Origin: Octopus sinensis
Lineage: Eukaryota
Length of the DNA: 64,000 nucleotides
Reading direction: 5' to 3'
NCBI RefSeq assembly: GCF_006345805.1
Contig: NC_043000.1
Coordinates: 36,146,001 to 36,210,000 of the forward strand
This document shows positions 1 to 12,954 of this stretch, piece after piece. The position numbers and the translations under genes were made by a program. The notes below the pieces were generated by a model that was not told the DNA's origin, ran no database searches, and worked only from the letters and a program-made list of their open reading frames with translations. Each line of letters starts with the position of its first letter. The stretch's first letter is position 1.

Positions 1-333
1 GGAAGGAAGGAAGATATTCAGAAGAAAATGCCGACAGGAACACTGGATTTGAGAGATGGAAACATGTATGCATGTGTCCGTCTGTATTCTGCTAAAACCA
101 TTCAGCGACACGGTGGCAGTAAGATCAGGCGATTTAAAGTGGAGATAGTCCTTCAGGTATTTAACATCTATTGGACTTCATAGCTGTTTTGAGATAGCAG
201 AAATTTGGCGGTCTTGGGAGAAAGGACAGATTAATGGTTAATGCACGCCAATTAGATACTGCACAGGTGAAGAGAGAGGGAAATAAAGAAACACTATTGA
301 GTCGGTGGTTTTGAGTGGAGGGAATACATATTG

Positions 334-543
334 TCTTCTACTCTAGGCACAAGGCACGAAATTTTTGGGGAGGGGGCCAGTCGATTAGATCGACCGTAGT
401 ACACAACTGGTACTTAATTTTTCCACCCAGTAATGATGAAAGGCAAAGTCGACATCGGCGGAATTTGAACTAAGAACTAGCATCAGACGAAATACTGCTA
501 AGCATTTTGCCCGGCGTGCTATCGTTTCTACCAGCTCGCCGCC
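334..543 (-). mobile_element. tRNA-derived SINE with Meta-like central domain
   Basis: Reverse complement reads ggcggcgagctggtagaaacg...ttcaaattccgccgatgtcgactttgcctttcatc...aagtaccag...gtgcctagagtagaag. Flanked by imperfect direct repeats tggagggaat(a/g)ca(a)tatt at about 316-332 and 546-563 (TSD-like). Confidence 0.85.
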
Positions 544-576
544 ATTGGAGGGAATGCAATATTAACGAACATTAAT

Positions 577-785
577 GCGGCAAGCTGGCAGAAATGTTAA
601 CACGCCGGGCGAAATGCTTAGTGGTATTTCGCCTGTTGCTACGTTCTGAGTTCAAATTCCGCCGAGGTCGACTTTGCCTTTCACCCTTTCGGGGTCGATA
701 AATTAAGTACCAGCTGCGTACTCGGTTCGATCTAATAGACTGACCCCCTCCCCCAAAATATCGAGCTCTGTAGAAAAGAATATTA
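577..785 (+). mobile_element. tRNA-derived SINE with Meta-like domain
   Basis: gcggcaagctggcagaaatgttaacacgccgggcgaaatgc...gagttcaaattcc (B box)...gtcgactttgcctttcaccctttcggggtcgataaattaagtaccag...tagaaaagaat. Confidence 0.9.
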
Positions 786-1141
786 AGGGACACTGAAGAA
801 AAGCAGAAGCAAATATGATGACCGTAGCAAAAAGTAGAGAAAGAACACAGAAATCTGTGGTTGAGAGGCTGGAGTTGAAATGTGAGTGATTTTAGGCTAA
901 TGGACGAGTTTCGCTTCCTCTGGCAGGAAAAGTGTGATTGCAGCAGCAGCTGAAGGATTGTTTAAACGTTTGTGCATCATTGCATTTCCGTTCACTCATG
1001 GAAGGCTGAGGAATTTGACTCACTTGTTTAGCTACAAATTGACATTGACCAAACAGGGAATTTCCATCCATGACCATCAGTTTCGAGCACATATCCTAAT
1101 AATCTTCTGACATTGGAACAGTCAACTACGTAATCCATTAT

Positions 1142-1360
1142 CTTTTATCTTTTACTTGTTTCAGTCATTAGACCGTGGCCATGCTAGGACACATCACGCT
1201 GAAGAATTTCTAGTGGAATAAATGAACCCCGTGCTTAATTTTGCTATTCAGCCTGGTACTTATTCTATCGCTATATTTTGTCGGACAGCTAAGTTACGGG
1301 GACGTAAACATACCAAAACCAGTTGTCAAGCGGCTGGGAAGCAAAATTCTTACCACACAG
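1142..1360 (-). mobile_element. OK-like SINE, 3' part
   Basis: ttttacttgtttcagtcattagaccgtggccatgct...ctaagttacggggacgtaaaca matches the reverse complement of the full copy at 38151-38570. Confidence 0.8.
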
Positions 1361-1839
1361 TAGGGGATAGTTTAGGAGTGGTCGCTCTTTCTAACAGAGT
1401 AATTGACCTTGTGGAGCAGTGCTTTCCAAATATGGCGGCACTGTTTTCTGGGAGGTGTGGAAAATTTTATATGGGCCTCGGGGATAAAGGGTGTGGTAGG
1501 GCGTTAGATGCATTTATGTTGTTCTTTTATTTCTTAGTCTTTTTCTGGTTTCAATATCCACTTAAAAAAAATCATTGAACATAAAAATGTGATAAAACTG
1601 TTTATGAACTAGATTCACAGTGATGACAACAAAAACGCTGTTACGACGATGACAACAACATCAATAATAACAAAGAACTTCAAAATGTAATTAAGTAAGT
1701 CAAGGTTTGGCAAAGTTGTCAATATTGACCCCTGGGGAGTCTATGTAACTATTCGAGAGGACGATAAACGCCTGAAACGATTTTGAACATTCAGGGTGTT
1801 GGGCAAAATAAACATCAAAGATGCTTTGCTCCGTGCAGA

Positions 1840-2205
1840 AACCCTAGGAGATCTGCAGTGGACCTCTACTCGACTATCTTTCCTTGGTCGCTTCCATCAA
1901 TGGCGAGATACTCCACGGGATAGCTGAAGCTGATGTGACTCAGGTACCAGAGTCAACCTAAGTCGATTCGACTCGCCGTCTCCTAGAATATGGATGTCCA
2001 ACGCAACTGGGATGATATCAGATGCAAATCTATCCTCGAACGGTTAGAAACATCACTAGACCGGCACCGCCTTGCCTGCCTCTGTTCCGTCTCACAGCCA
2101 AATAGCGGAGCCTGGCTCAATTCACTGCCCTATTTATCTACTGGTATCCTTCTAGATGATGAGTGCACCCGTATCGGGGTGGCCCGACGATTCGGTCTCT
2201 ACCTA
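1840..2205 (+). pseudogene. Degenerate fragment of an RLE-type (CRE-like) non-LTR retrotransposon ORF
   Basis: Peptide QRNWD...RLACLCSVSQPNSGAWLNSLP...GILLDDECTRIGVARRFGL resembles the recalled post-RT motif ARL.S...SGAWL.ALP...GL.LDD..RIAVALRLG of CRE-like elements; RSAVDL lies upstream. Confidence 0.6.
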
Positions 2206-2429
2206 AAAGCAATTATGTATCTATTCATTCTTTACTAGTTTATGGGAGCATGAACATCTGATCACTGTTGGTTTTATTCATCGGAGGATATATCCTCCTC
2301 CCCTTACAATATATGAGTTTATAACACATGCGATTCACGGGTGTAAGGGACTCTGAGACACACAATTAGATCGAAACAACGCGGTGACGCAAAGCCCGCT
2401 TCCACCGGTGAGTTGCATCTGTTATGAAC

Positions 2430-2653
2430 ACTGTCAAAATGTTGGCGATATTCTCTGATGACGAAAAGCAACATCAATCAGATATTGATATTCGAATCTT
2501 CTAGAAAAGTACTGAAAATGAATAGATATATTATTTGGATTCCCGCTGTTCCGCATTTCCACATCCGCATGAAATATAAACTAAAACACTTAAGTAAAAA
2601 TTCCAAACAACCTGAACGTCTGAATGCCATGCGTCTCTACTTTTTTGAATCCT

Positions 2654-2736
<83 letters not shown>

Positions 2737-3070
2737 GAGAGACGGATAAATCCTGGAAGGGGCATGTTCCGAACGTCGGCTTTAGAGAGAATTTGAATAC
2801 ACGTACTGATAAACACTTTCAGCATCGGGATATACCGTCTTCGAAATCACGATAAAAAAAAAATACTCTGTTGTATCAGTCTGATGCTTAGGGATCTTCA
2901 ACTGTCAAACTGCCTACCTAACAAAAAAAAGAAAGAAAAGAATCAAAAGAAATATAAAGGAACCTCTACACAAACACTGAAAAAACTTTGGATAAACTCT
3001 TGGTGACGATGTCAGACCAATCAACCATTCAAGGAAGATCAGCTGCTACAAACTCAATCATCGATTAACT
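2430..3070 (+). pseudogene. Decayed CR1-clade LINE 3' end interrupted by (GA)n
   Basis: ERLNAMRLY..., then (GA)n at the position of the usual ERRRER motif, then ILEG..PN, and KTLDKLL.TMSDQSTIQGRSAATNSIID*, typical of CR1 ORF2 C-termini. Confidence 0.55.
2656..2742. repeat. (GA)n microsatellite
   Basis: Direct reading. Confidence 0.98.
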
Positions 3071-4061
3071 TCCATCCATAAAGCAACAACAAGACTGATA
3101 AGAAATAAATTAATGTGTTTCCCCTGCATGGCCACAGTCCTATGATTGGAACCATTAAAAGAATAAAAGAATAAAAGAATAATAAAGCAGAATAATCAAC
3201 AGTTAAAAGATATATCCAGAAAAACGAACGGGTAGCTATGTAAGGTGGTTATAAACTGATGTTTTGTGAATGAACATTTGAATATATCCTACAGAAATAT
3301 TTGATGCCATTCTCTTGTTATCTCTTTAACAATACTTACGACAGTGTCAGGTATGGAAGAATCGATGATGAAATTGTGGCTGAGATTATTTCGACATCTT
3401 CTTAGGTTCTTCTCAATTTGAGCCGATAAATATATTTCACCTTTCATTAAAGATATCTGTAGCAAGGAATATTTTAATTGTGTTCAATGATATAATTGTA
3501 TTCCCTGGTGTAAACGCTGTTGTATATTAATGTCTTATGAACAGATTAAGCGGTCATTGTTCATTTAATCATCTTCAAGTTCGTGACTATCCCGGACAGC
3601 TGGACCGGAAGTAATAACGATACAATTGTCTTCTGTGAATTGCTGCTATTGTTTAGCTCCAGGCAAGACCTGAACGAGTAAATTTATGACCAATGACATT
3701 CCAGATGTGACCATTCCATCATTTTTTTCAAATATTCGGATCCAGAATCGCAAGATATAATATGTTCTTCCTTTTAAATGACGTTCGGGTGTATTTTGAA
3801 GGAAACTTGGCTGTTATAACTAGTACGTCGAGAATACTCGTAAAGATTAGTTCATTAATAAATAACTGTTTTTTTTGTTAATTCAAATAAACCTAGCACG
3901 ATATTTACAGGCGTAGAAAACGCGTTTTTAAAAATATTTTTTGTATCCCAAAATTGTCCATCTTCTAAAGCAGCCGTAGTATAACAGATGGAAGACCGAG
4001 TTTCGTAGGGAAGGAAGACGAATGAGATTAAGTCCTCTAGGTACAATAACTGTTTCTAATA

Positions 4062-4250
4062 ATATTGATTTCAAATTTTAGCACAACGCCAGCAATTTCG
4101 GAGTGGGGTGTAATCGATTACATCGAGCCTATTTCGCAACTGGTATTTATTTTATCGATCTCGAAAAGATGAAAGGCAAATTCGACCTCAGCGCGATTTG
4201 AAATCAGAACGCAATCGGGCGTGCTAACGATTGTGCCAGTTCACCGCCTT
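4062..4250 (-). mobile_element. Meta-like SINE, diverged
   Basis: actggtatttattttatcgatctcgaaaagatgaaaggcaaattcgacctc...gccagttcaccgcc is the reverse complement of the family core and head. Confidence 0.75.
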
Positions 4251-4789
4251 CTAGTTATAAAATATTGAAAATTAGCCTGATCATCATAGGCTGTTAGTAG
4301 AAACTTAGGTAAAAGATGAAAGCTATGTGGGGAAGTCATATCATGTCAATAGACATTCTTTCTCAGTATACATAAGCAGCATCTGGTCAGTGTCTTGAAT
4401 TATTTAAAACACATGTTTAATTATATAAATGGAGAATTAATTTAGAAAGGGGCAAGACATACAATGGCGTATTGCTTCTAGATCTGTTACTACGCAGAGA
4501 GCATACGGCCGTAAAGCACCATGTTTTTCAAAATGGATCACGTATGCAAAGTTCCACAAAGGAAAACTTTTTGGTTTTGGTAAGAAGCGCTTCAAGGCGA
4601 ACAGAATGTGAGTTTCTCAGGTGAATTGGGAATCTCAGGATTGAGACAATAGCTTCAGGTAGCTCGATATATCTACCTGTCAAAGACTGTGTGATCTCCT
4701 AATGTCTGTTCATTCCGAAGACTGGCTGATCACTTCATTTTATGATATATTTGATAACATATTTGATAGCCTTAATGTTTGAGCATAGT

Positions 4790-5140
4790 TCGCATCCTGA
4801 GAAGGGCAACTCGACTGATTGCTAATCACCCAGCCTCTACCCTATATGAATGCTCTCTCCTCCTCTCTCTGCTTTTTCTATCGCTTCTATAATGGTCTCT
4901 GCTCCTCGGATCTAGCAGGACTCATACCACCACTGATCACCCAACCCAATCCCCGACCTATTTGTCCCAGCATCTCTCTAGACACTTGTGACCAACTCTA
5001 TCCTGACCTTGCTCTAAACAGTATACATAGTCCTTAGTCCCCAGAACCAGAACATCAACCCTTTGGAATCTCATCCCTGATATTATCTTTCCGATACATA
5101 ATGACATGTAATAGTTTAAACAGAATCAACCACTTTGTCT
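4790..5140 (+). pseudogene. 3' end of a CR1/L2-group (Crack/Daphne-like) LINE
   Basis: SSLCFFYRFYNGLCSSDLAGLIPP followed by PRT...LWNLIPDIIFP, a typical C-terminal motif of this group. Confidence 0.6.
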
Positions 5141-5892
5141 CGAGGACGTGAAATTGTCATGGACCCTGCCCCTTCCTCTTGTCCCCTCCTCCAGACACTG
5201 TCCTTTCCTCCTGTCATAGCAAGTTGAAAAAAGCTAATAGTTTTACTTTTCACCGAAGGCGAAATAACTTTGTCATCTCACTGCAGGTGTAGTTTTAGTG
5301 AGTTAATGTTATTTGATTCGCCACATTAAGTATTTTAGCACTGACTGACCCTCCCCAATCCTCCACACATATAAATGTTACAAGGCCGAAACTTCGGAGT
5401 CACAGTCACCACAGTTGCAAAAATTTTATAAATATGTACTTTATATTAAGTATTGAGTAATCCTTCAGTTTAATGCAAAATTATGCTTATAACACATAAA
5501 AACAAATATTACTCACTTTCCTCTTTCTTTCTCTCTCTCTCTCGCTCTCTCTCTCTGTATATATATATGTATGTTCTTGATGCAGTTTTAAATTTATACA
5601 AATTTACTTGGGTAAATGGTGGAATTAATCTGTGTAAAAAGATAAATGGATGATTTAATTAAAGATTTATTTTTGGCATCGCAAATTTCCAACATGTCCA
5701 CGTTAATACCTACGCAAACTGTGATGCAATTTTGATGTTTAAGAAATAAGTTTTGCCGCTGATTTTTCAGTTATAATCTTAATCCCGTGCATTATCCTAG
5801 CCCAGAGGTCGTTTTGGAATTAATTTGTGATAGTTTTTGTTTGTCTTTATAAGATAAAGTTGAATTACTAATTTGTTTTTAAAACATTAATA

Positions 5893-5917
5893 ACAAATAA
5901 TAATGTTAATAATAATG

Positions 5918-6002
<85 letters not shown>

Positions 6003-6007
6003 TGATG

Positions 6008-6042
<35 letters not shown>

Positions 6043-6043
6043 G

Positions 6044-6077
<34 letters not shown>

Positions 6078-6091
6078 CAACAACAACAACA
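5893..6091. repeat. (AAT)n/(GAT)n/(AAC)n compound microsatellite
   Basis: Direct reading. Confidence 0.98.
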
Positions 6092-6412
6092 ATGCAGAGC
6101 CAGACAATAACTCGCGTGCTTTCTGATCTTAACTGATTGGAAGTGTTAACATGTACATGTTTTAACCTAGTGTAAAAGATGGGATACAGCAAATACTCTG
6201 CTAAATACCGCAGATTTGCTTGTCATTTGTTTGACCTTAACCAGTTGAGCATGTCCCTTAGTGGCTGACGATATGTGCATCTCTGATCACGAGAAGAAGT
6301 AGTAGGGGAGCATCATAGCCATGTGTTGAGAAGAATTCTTTGGAGTTTGGATAATTCACACCTGGATACATGGCTCTTTCGTTCACCATCCCTAAACAAC
6401 TCTTATTCAGGG
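6092..6412. mobile_element. Truncated copy of the (AAT)n-associated non-coding element
   Basis: ttctgatcttaactgattggaagtgtt...ttattcaggg aligns by eye with 25272-25561. Confidence 0.85.
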
Positions 6413-7319
6413 CAAGACAGGGCAGGGCACGACAGTCAGGTGATCAATGATAACGCAAGCGATGTAGGCATTCGCTACCTCTGCCTGATCTTTCAGGGAC
6501 AGCTTCCTCTCTGCCCATTTCTGGGTAAGACTGGCCACCCTATTCGATAAACGTTTTGATTGGCAAAAGCATTAAATAGAGTGATACAAAATGACTTCCC
6601 ATATTTTACAGGTTTACAAACTACTCGAACCTAAATGCACGGCGTGCACGGGTCCTAGCTGTGAGGGTAATTGTAAACAAAACGGTAAAGCATATGCCGG
6701 CAATATTACCATCCGCCTAATCTCAGCTAAATTACGTCTGAGCAGCAAGTGTCGGAGATTTTTCTGTCCTCGCTGTAGACACATCAAGCGTCTAAGTGTT
6801 CGGCTTACAGAGCAGTGGTTCTTAACATTTTAAATATCCGGGCCAAATCCAAAACCACGCGTTTTTAAGTAGGCTGCACGAAAAAACAAAGTAAAATAAC
6901 ACACAAGTGATTGTAATCGAGGGAAGATCGTCTGGGCCTCCGAGAGGATGGTTGAGTGCTGTATGCGACGGTGGGAACTGCGGTTGAGTACCGCTGTTTC
7001 AGAGACTTGTAATCAGCTTAATCGTGCAATTGTAGCCAGTCGAGAGCTCTGCATGCCGGACGCCAGTACTTTCAGGAGTCATCAAGAGAGAATGCGTACA
7101 ACGTCAGGGCCTTCCGATGCAATGACCACATTCATCGATATGAAGTCCCACCTATTGGATGGACAGAACTTAAGTGCACCTCGGGATCGTCACTACCATT
7201 TAAATTGTGATGTAATGAGCGACTGATTTACCAAATAAGCAAATAAGCAAACAGGCCCCTCCCTCACATCTTACATCACGAAATAACAAGAGTTGCAAGT
7301 TTTTCTGACATACGAAGTC

Positions 7320-7826
<507 letters not shown>

Positions 7827-8234
7827 GTATGTCAATCGTGCTGTTTTTACAGAGATATTCCATCGCATTTAGAAGAACATTTACGAAAGAATTAAATTGA
7901 GATCTTCTCACAAAAACTTTATTACGAGATGTAGTGTGAAGGCGGCGGTGAAGGCTGAGTCCTCTGTCTATGGTGACAGAGAACTGGTAGTGACAAGGAT
8001 CGAACCATCGATCTCAGTTATTATAATCTAACAGCGTTATCGATTTCGACTAATGTAATACTGAACGGAATAATATTGAGAAAGTTCGTAAGATTTTTTT
8101 ATCGAAAGAATTTCTCACCAATAGAACCATTTGTAAGGGAAAGAAGAGATTTAGGGAATAAAGAAAGAAAAGAAGAAAATTGAATGGGAGGCGGAGGGTG
8201 TGGGGTAAAGCAGAACAGCCACGTGCATCACAGG

Positions 8235-9070
8235 GATGAGGATGGTGATGGTTGTGGTGGTGGTCATGGTGTTAATGATGATGATGGTGGTGGTGATGAT
8301 GAAGGTGGCGATGGTGATGACGATGATGATGAAGGTGGTAGTGATGATAATGGTGGTGATGGTGATGATGATGATGATGATGATGATGGGGTGGTGATGA
8401 TGATGGTGGTGGAGATGGTGATGATGTTGATGATGGGGTGGTGATGATGGTGATGACGATGATGATGATGATGGGGTGGTGATGATGATGATGAGTATAA
8501 CGACAACAACAAAGACGACGACGACGACGATGATGATGATGAGAATCATCATCATCATCATCATCATCATGGTGATGATGTGGTTGAGAAGGAGGAGGGA
8601 GAAGCTGAGTGGTAAATTCATTACAGAAATGTTTCGATATATGTAACGAAATAACGCAAGCGGAGACCCTACTTATATCTCGACCCCCTACCGTCCCCAG
8701 CACCACCACCTTCACTGCCATTCCTACCACCACCACCACCACTACAACCACCACCGCCGCCGCCGCCGCCGCCGTGGCCTCCGCCGTGGCCGCCGCCGTG
8801 ACCTCCGCCGTGGCCTCCGCCGTGGCCTCCACCGTGGCCTCCGCCGCCGCCGCCTCCGCCACCACTGCCGCCACCATCACCTCCGCCTCAAACAGCAGCA
8901 CCCCCACTGCCATCGCAATCTCATTCCCACCCCCAACACACACACACACACACACACACAACCACCGCCGTCGCCACCATAGACTACCTTCAATAGAAAT
9001 GGCACGTTAAGGAATGTGAGAAGAAATTGGTAATCAATGGAACAACTGACGCTGCTGAAGATCAGATGCA

Positions 9071-9109
<39 letters not shown>

Positions 9110-9308
9110 TTGTGTGTGTGCACGCATGTGTATGCGCGCGTTTGTGAATATGCCTGCGTGCATGTGTTTGTGTGTATACACATATATGTATTGTATGTGT
9201 GTCTATGTGTGTATGAGTGTGTGTGTGGGTGCGTCTGTGTGTATGTGCATGCATAGGAGTGTACATCCATGTGCGTGACTGCGTGTGTGAGTACGCATGC
9301 GTGTATCG

Positions 9309-9339
<31 letters not shown>

Positions 9340-9850
9340 TCCTCTCACATTTTGTTGTGGTTTTTATCGTAGGATCTCCATCTGGAAACCTGTGTTACGA
9401 CTGCTTACGTCATCGCCATTGGATTTTCTTCAAAGCAATTCTGTACACGTGTAACAAATGCCACCACCGCTACCACTACCACCACCACCACCATCACAAC
9501 AACCACTACTATTATCAGCACCACCACCACAACAACAACAACAGCTACAACACTGCCACCGCCACCACCACCACTATCTCTAACGCCATACTACCAGCGT
9601 CACTACCTTCATCTCCACGTTGCAAAACTTCACCATCGCCACACCACTAACTATCAGCATTACTAACATCACCACCAGCAGCAGCACCACCACCACCATC
9701 GCCACCAATATCACCACCGCCGCTACTACCACGACAACGGCGATAACGACGTCCACCACACCACCACCATCACCATCACTGCTACCACTACTACAACTAC
9801 AACTGCTGCTACTACTACTACTGCTGCTCCTGCTGCGGCAGCGGTGGCTG

Positions 9851-9886
<36 letters not shown>

Positions 9887-9887
9887 G

Positions 9888-9921
<34 letters not shown>

Positions 9922-9925
9922 CATT
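8235..9925. repeat. Compound trinucleotide and dinucleotide low-complexity region, (GAT/GGT/CAC/GCC/CTA/CTG)n and (TG)n
   Basis: Direct reading; includes GC-rich gccgtggcctcc 12-mer repeats at about 8755-8870. Confidence 0.95.
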
Positions 9926-10018
9926 TCCCAAGCTGAGCATTCTGATTCCTGTTTCTACTTTCTGCTTCTGTCCTTCCGGCTGATTGTCAGTCTCTTCGCC
10001 CGTCATTCTTACTCTCTT

Positions 10019-10076
<58 letters not shown>

Positions 10077-10296
10077 GCACACACATGTACAGACGCAAAG
10101 GCATACAAACCACACACACACATGCAGGTACTCTTGAAACCCGATCTCTTCGCTCTGCCTCTAATTCCAGTGGAAAGAAAATCTTGACGAATAGCAATAC
10201 TTCAACGTGTTGGTCAGGATTGGTTTCTATGGCTCTTGGCTGCTGATGTAAAAGGGTCATCGAGTGAGAAGGCATTTGAGGTCTCAATAACCTCAT

Positions 10297-10458
10297 GGCG
10301 CAGACGTGGCAGTGTGGTAAGATGCTTGCATCCCAAACACATCTGTCCGGGTTCAGTCCCCACTGCATGGCGCTTTGGCCAAATGTCTTCTACTATAGCT
10401 TCGGCCCACCAAATCGTTGTGCATGGATTTGGTAGATAGAAACTAAAAGAAGACCGTC

Positions 10459-10460
<2 letters not shown>
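10297..10460 (+). mobile_element. OK-like SINE 5' half, ending in a (TA)n tract
   Basis: ggcgcagacgtggcagtgtggtaag...gggttcagtccc...ggatttggtagatagaaactaaaagaagaccgtcgtatata. Confidence 0.85.
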
Positions 10461-10520
<60 letters not shown>

Positions 10521-10783
10521 CAATTAAGGACAACTACTTAATAAGGAAAACTTAGCAAGAAATTGTCAGGTAGATAGCGTGAAAACCTCATAAGAGAAAA
10601 AATTTCGAAAATAATTATTTCTTATTGAACATATTAATTTATATATAGAGGGCATTATACATACATGCCAGAGGGCATTATACATACATGCCACACGCTA
10701 AGAGGGACAATTAGTCATTTCTACCAAAAATATTACTAATCCCACCGAATGCAATTTTTCAAAGTAAGACATTTAAAAAATAT

Positions 10784-10831
10784 AGACCTGTATCACAGTG
10801 ATTTCATACTTACGTATTCATCAGCAGGCCT
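10784..10831 (-). ncRNA. Minimal type I hammerhead ribozyme
   Basis: Minus strand: aggcctg CUGAUGA auac-guaa-guau GAAA ucac-u-guga UA| caggucu. 7-bp stem I, 4-bp stem II with GNRA loop, palindromic stem III, AUA cleavage triplet. Confidence 0.9.
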
Positions 10832-11256
10832 GAATGTATCATAAATAAACGACCCTGTCCCGCTAAGCCGATCAGCTAACTGATCAACATCAACGAAGCA
10901 CATGGGTGAGTTTACATATATTACATCCTGTAAATGGCATACTTTTACGAATGCATTTCGGGAAAGGAAAAGTTTTTTCGGAATAAAAATTTAGCAATTA
11001 AGGACAACTACTTAATAAGGAAAACTTAACAAGAATTGTCAGGTAGATAGCGTGAAAACCTCATAAGAGAAAAAATTTCGAAAATAATTATTTCTTATTG
11101 AACATATTAATTTATATATAGAGGGCATTATACATACATGCCAGAGGGCATTATACATACATGCCACACGCTAAGAGGGACAATTAGTCATTTCTACCAA
11201 AAATATTACTAATCCCACCGAATGCAATTTTTCAAAGTAAGACATTTAAAAAATAT

Positions 11257-11304
11257 AGACCTGTATCACAGTGATTTCATACTTACGTATTCATCAGCAG
11301 GCCT
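11257..11304 (-). ncRNA. Minimal type I hammerhead ribozyme (second unit)
   Basis: Identical to 10784-10831. Confidence 0.9.
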
Positions 11305-11768
11305 GAATGTATCATAAATAAACGACCCTGTCCCGCTTAAGCCGATCAGCTAACTGATCAACATCAACGAAGCACATGGGTGAGTTTACATATATTACAT
11401 CCTGTAAATGGCATACTTTTACGAATTGCATTTCGGGAAAGGAAAAGTTTTTTCGGAATAAAAATTTAGCAATTAAGGACAACTACTTAATAAGGAAAAC
11501 TTAACAAGAAATTGTCAGGTAGATAGCGTGAAAACCTCATAAGAGAAAAAATTTCGAAAATAATTATTTCTTATTGAACATATTAATTTATATATAGAGG
11601 GCATTATACATACATGCCAGAGGGCATTATACATACATGCCACACGCTAAGAGGGACAATTAGTCATTTCTACCAAAAATATTACTAATCCCACCGAATC
11701 TACCTGACAATTTCTGGCATGTATGTATAATGCCCTCTATATATAAAATATATATATATATATATATA

Positions 11769-12322
11769 TTGAAACCTAGGTCCGTGTGTGGTTTCCGCTT
11801 CATCGGGGAATTATCTCCCTTTGCAGGATAAAGGACGCCGTGATGGTGTCAAGCCTATCTGACGACGTTGATGTTCGCCTGGGGCTAAATGCAACAGTAA
11901 CACCCCCACCACCCTGCCCTGTCCCTAGCCATATTCAGATGGCTTTAGTCCCTTATGTTATGGAGCAGTTACTGTCTATATCTCATTTAGAGAATTATTA
12001 TTGCTGTCGAACAGATTTTCGAAATCAGCAAATGTATTTTGCTTGAAAATCTATATATAAATATCCTGCAGAGTGAGTTGTTCGTCGAGGAAGCGGGGGC
12101 CTACCACACGTTGATGATAGGCAATACACCTTGAAACCTAGGTCCGTGTGTGGTTTCCGCTTCATCGGGGAATTATCTCCCTTTGCAGGATAAAGGACGC
12201 CGTGATGGTGTCAAGCCTATCTGGCGACGTTGATGTTCGCCTGGCGCTAAATGCAACAGTAATACTCCCACCACCCTGCCCTGTCCCTAGCCATATTCAG
12301 ATGGCTTTAGTCCCTTATGTTA
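11769..12322. repeat. ~192-bp direct repeats (11769-11960, 12131-12322; period 362 bp) between (TA)n tracts
   Basis: Two near-identical blocks ttgaaacctagg...cccttatgtta separated by about 170 bp; multiple hairpins. Confidence 0.9.
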
Positions 12323-12360
12323 TATATATATATATGTATATATATATACATATATATATA

Positions 12361-12520
12361 GGCGTAGGAGTCGCTCTGTGGTAAGTAGCTTACGAACCTC
12401 ATGGTTCCGGGTTCAGTCCCACTGTGTGGCGCCTTGAGAAAGAGTCTCCTACTATAACCTCGGGCCGACCAAAACCTTGTGAGTGAATTTGGTTGACGCA
12501 AATTAAAAAAACGGCTGGTA

Positions 12521-12598
<78 letters not shown>

Positions 12599-12840
12599 CG
12601 TATGTATGTATGTGCGTGTATATGTTTGTGCGTATGTGTTTGTCCCCGCAACATCGCTTGACCACCGATGCTGGTGTGTTTACGTCCCCGTAACTTAGCG
12701 GTTCGGGAAAAGAGACCGACAGAAACCGATAAGTACTAGGCTCAGGCTCACAAAGTCCTGGGGTCGATTTGCTTGACTAAAGGCGGTGCTCCTGCTCCAG
12801 CATGGCCACAGTCACATGACTGCAACAAGTAAAAGAGAAA
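12361..12840 (+). mobile_element. OK-like SINE, full length
   Basis: ggcgtaggagtcgctctgtggtaagtagc...gggttcagtccc...internal (TA)n...cagcatggccacagtcacatgactgcaacaagtaaaaga. Confidence 0.9.
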
Positions 12841-12848
12841 GGGAAAGG

Positions 12849-12879
<31 letters not shown>

Positions 12880-12954
12880 CAGTTGGAATTTACAAAAAAA
12901 AAACGAAGACAGTTGTATTAGTTTAACTCTCGGGAAGTCGAGAAAGTTTTTATG

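Larger units (their letters stand above)
10519..11747 (-). mobile_element. ~474-bp tandem array (about 2.5 units) with one hammerhead ribozyme per complete unit; retrozyme/PLE pLTR-like, between (TA)n tracts
   Basis: Units start (caattaagg) at 10521, 10995 and 11470 and are near-identical. Short inverted tail at 11700-11747. (TA)n on both sides. Confidence 0.85.

Noticed and set aside
6630-6662. gcacggcgtgcacgggtcctag, resembling a Helitron 3' end
   Set aside because: No matching 5' end identified; too short to support.
7984-8056. Minus-strand tRNA-like segment with GGTTCGATCC
   Set aside because: No complete cloverleaf; probably a decayed SINE head or pseudogene.
8609-9010. Thr/Ala/Ser-rich mucin-like ORF in a GC-rich patch
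   Set aside because: Continuous with flanking trinucleotide and (CA)n repeats; no domain or splice evidence.
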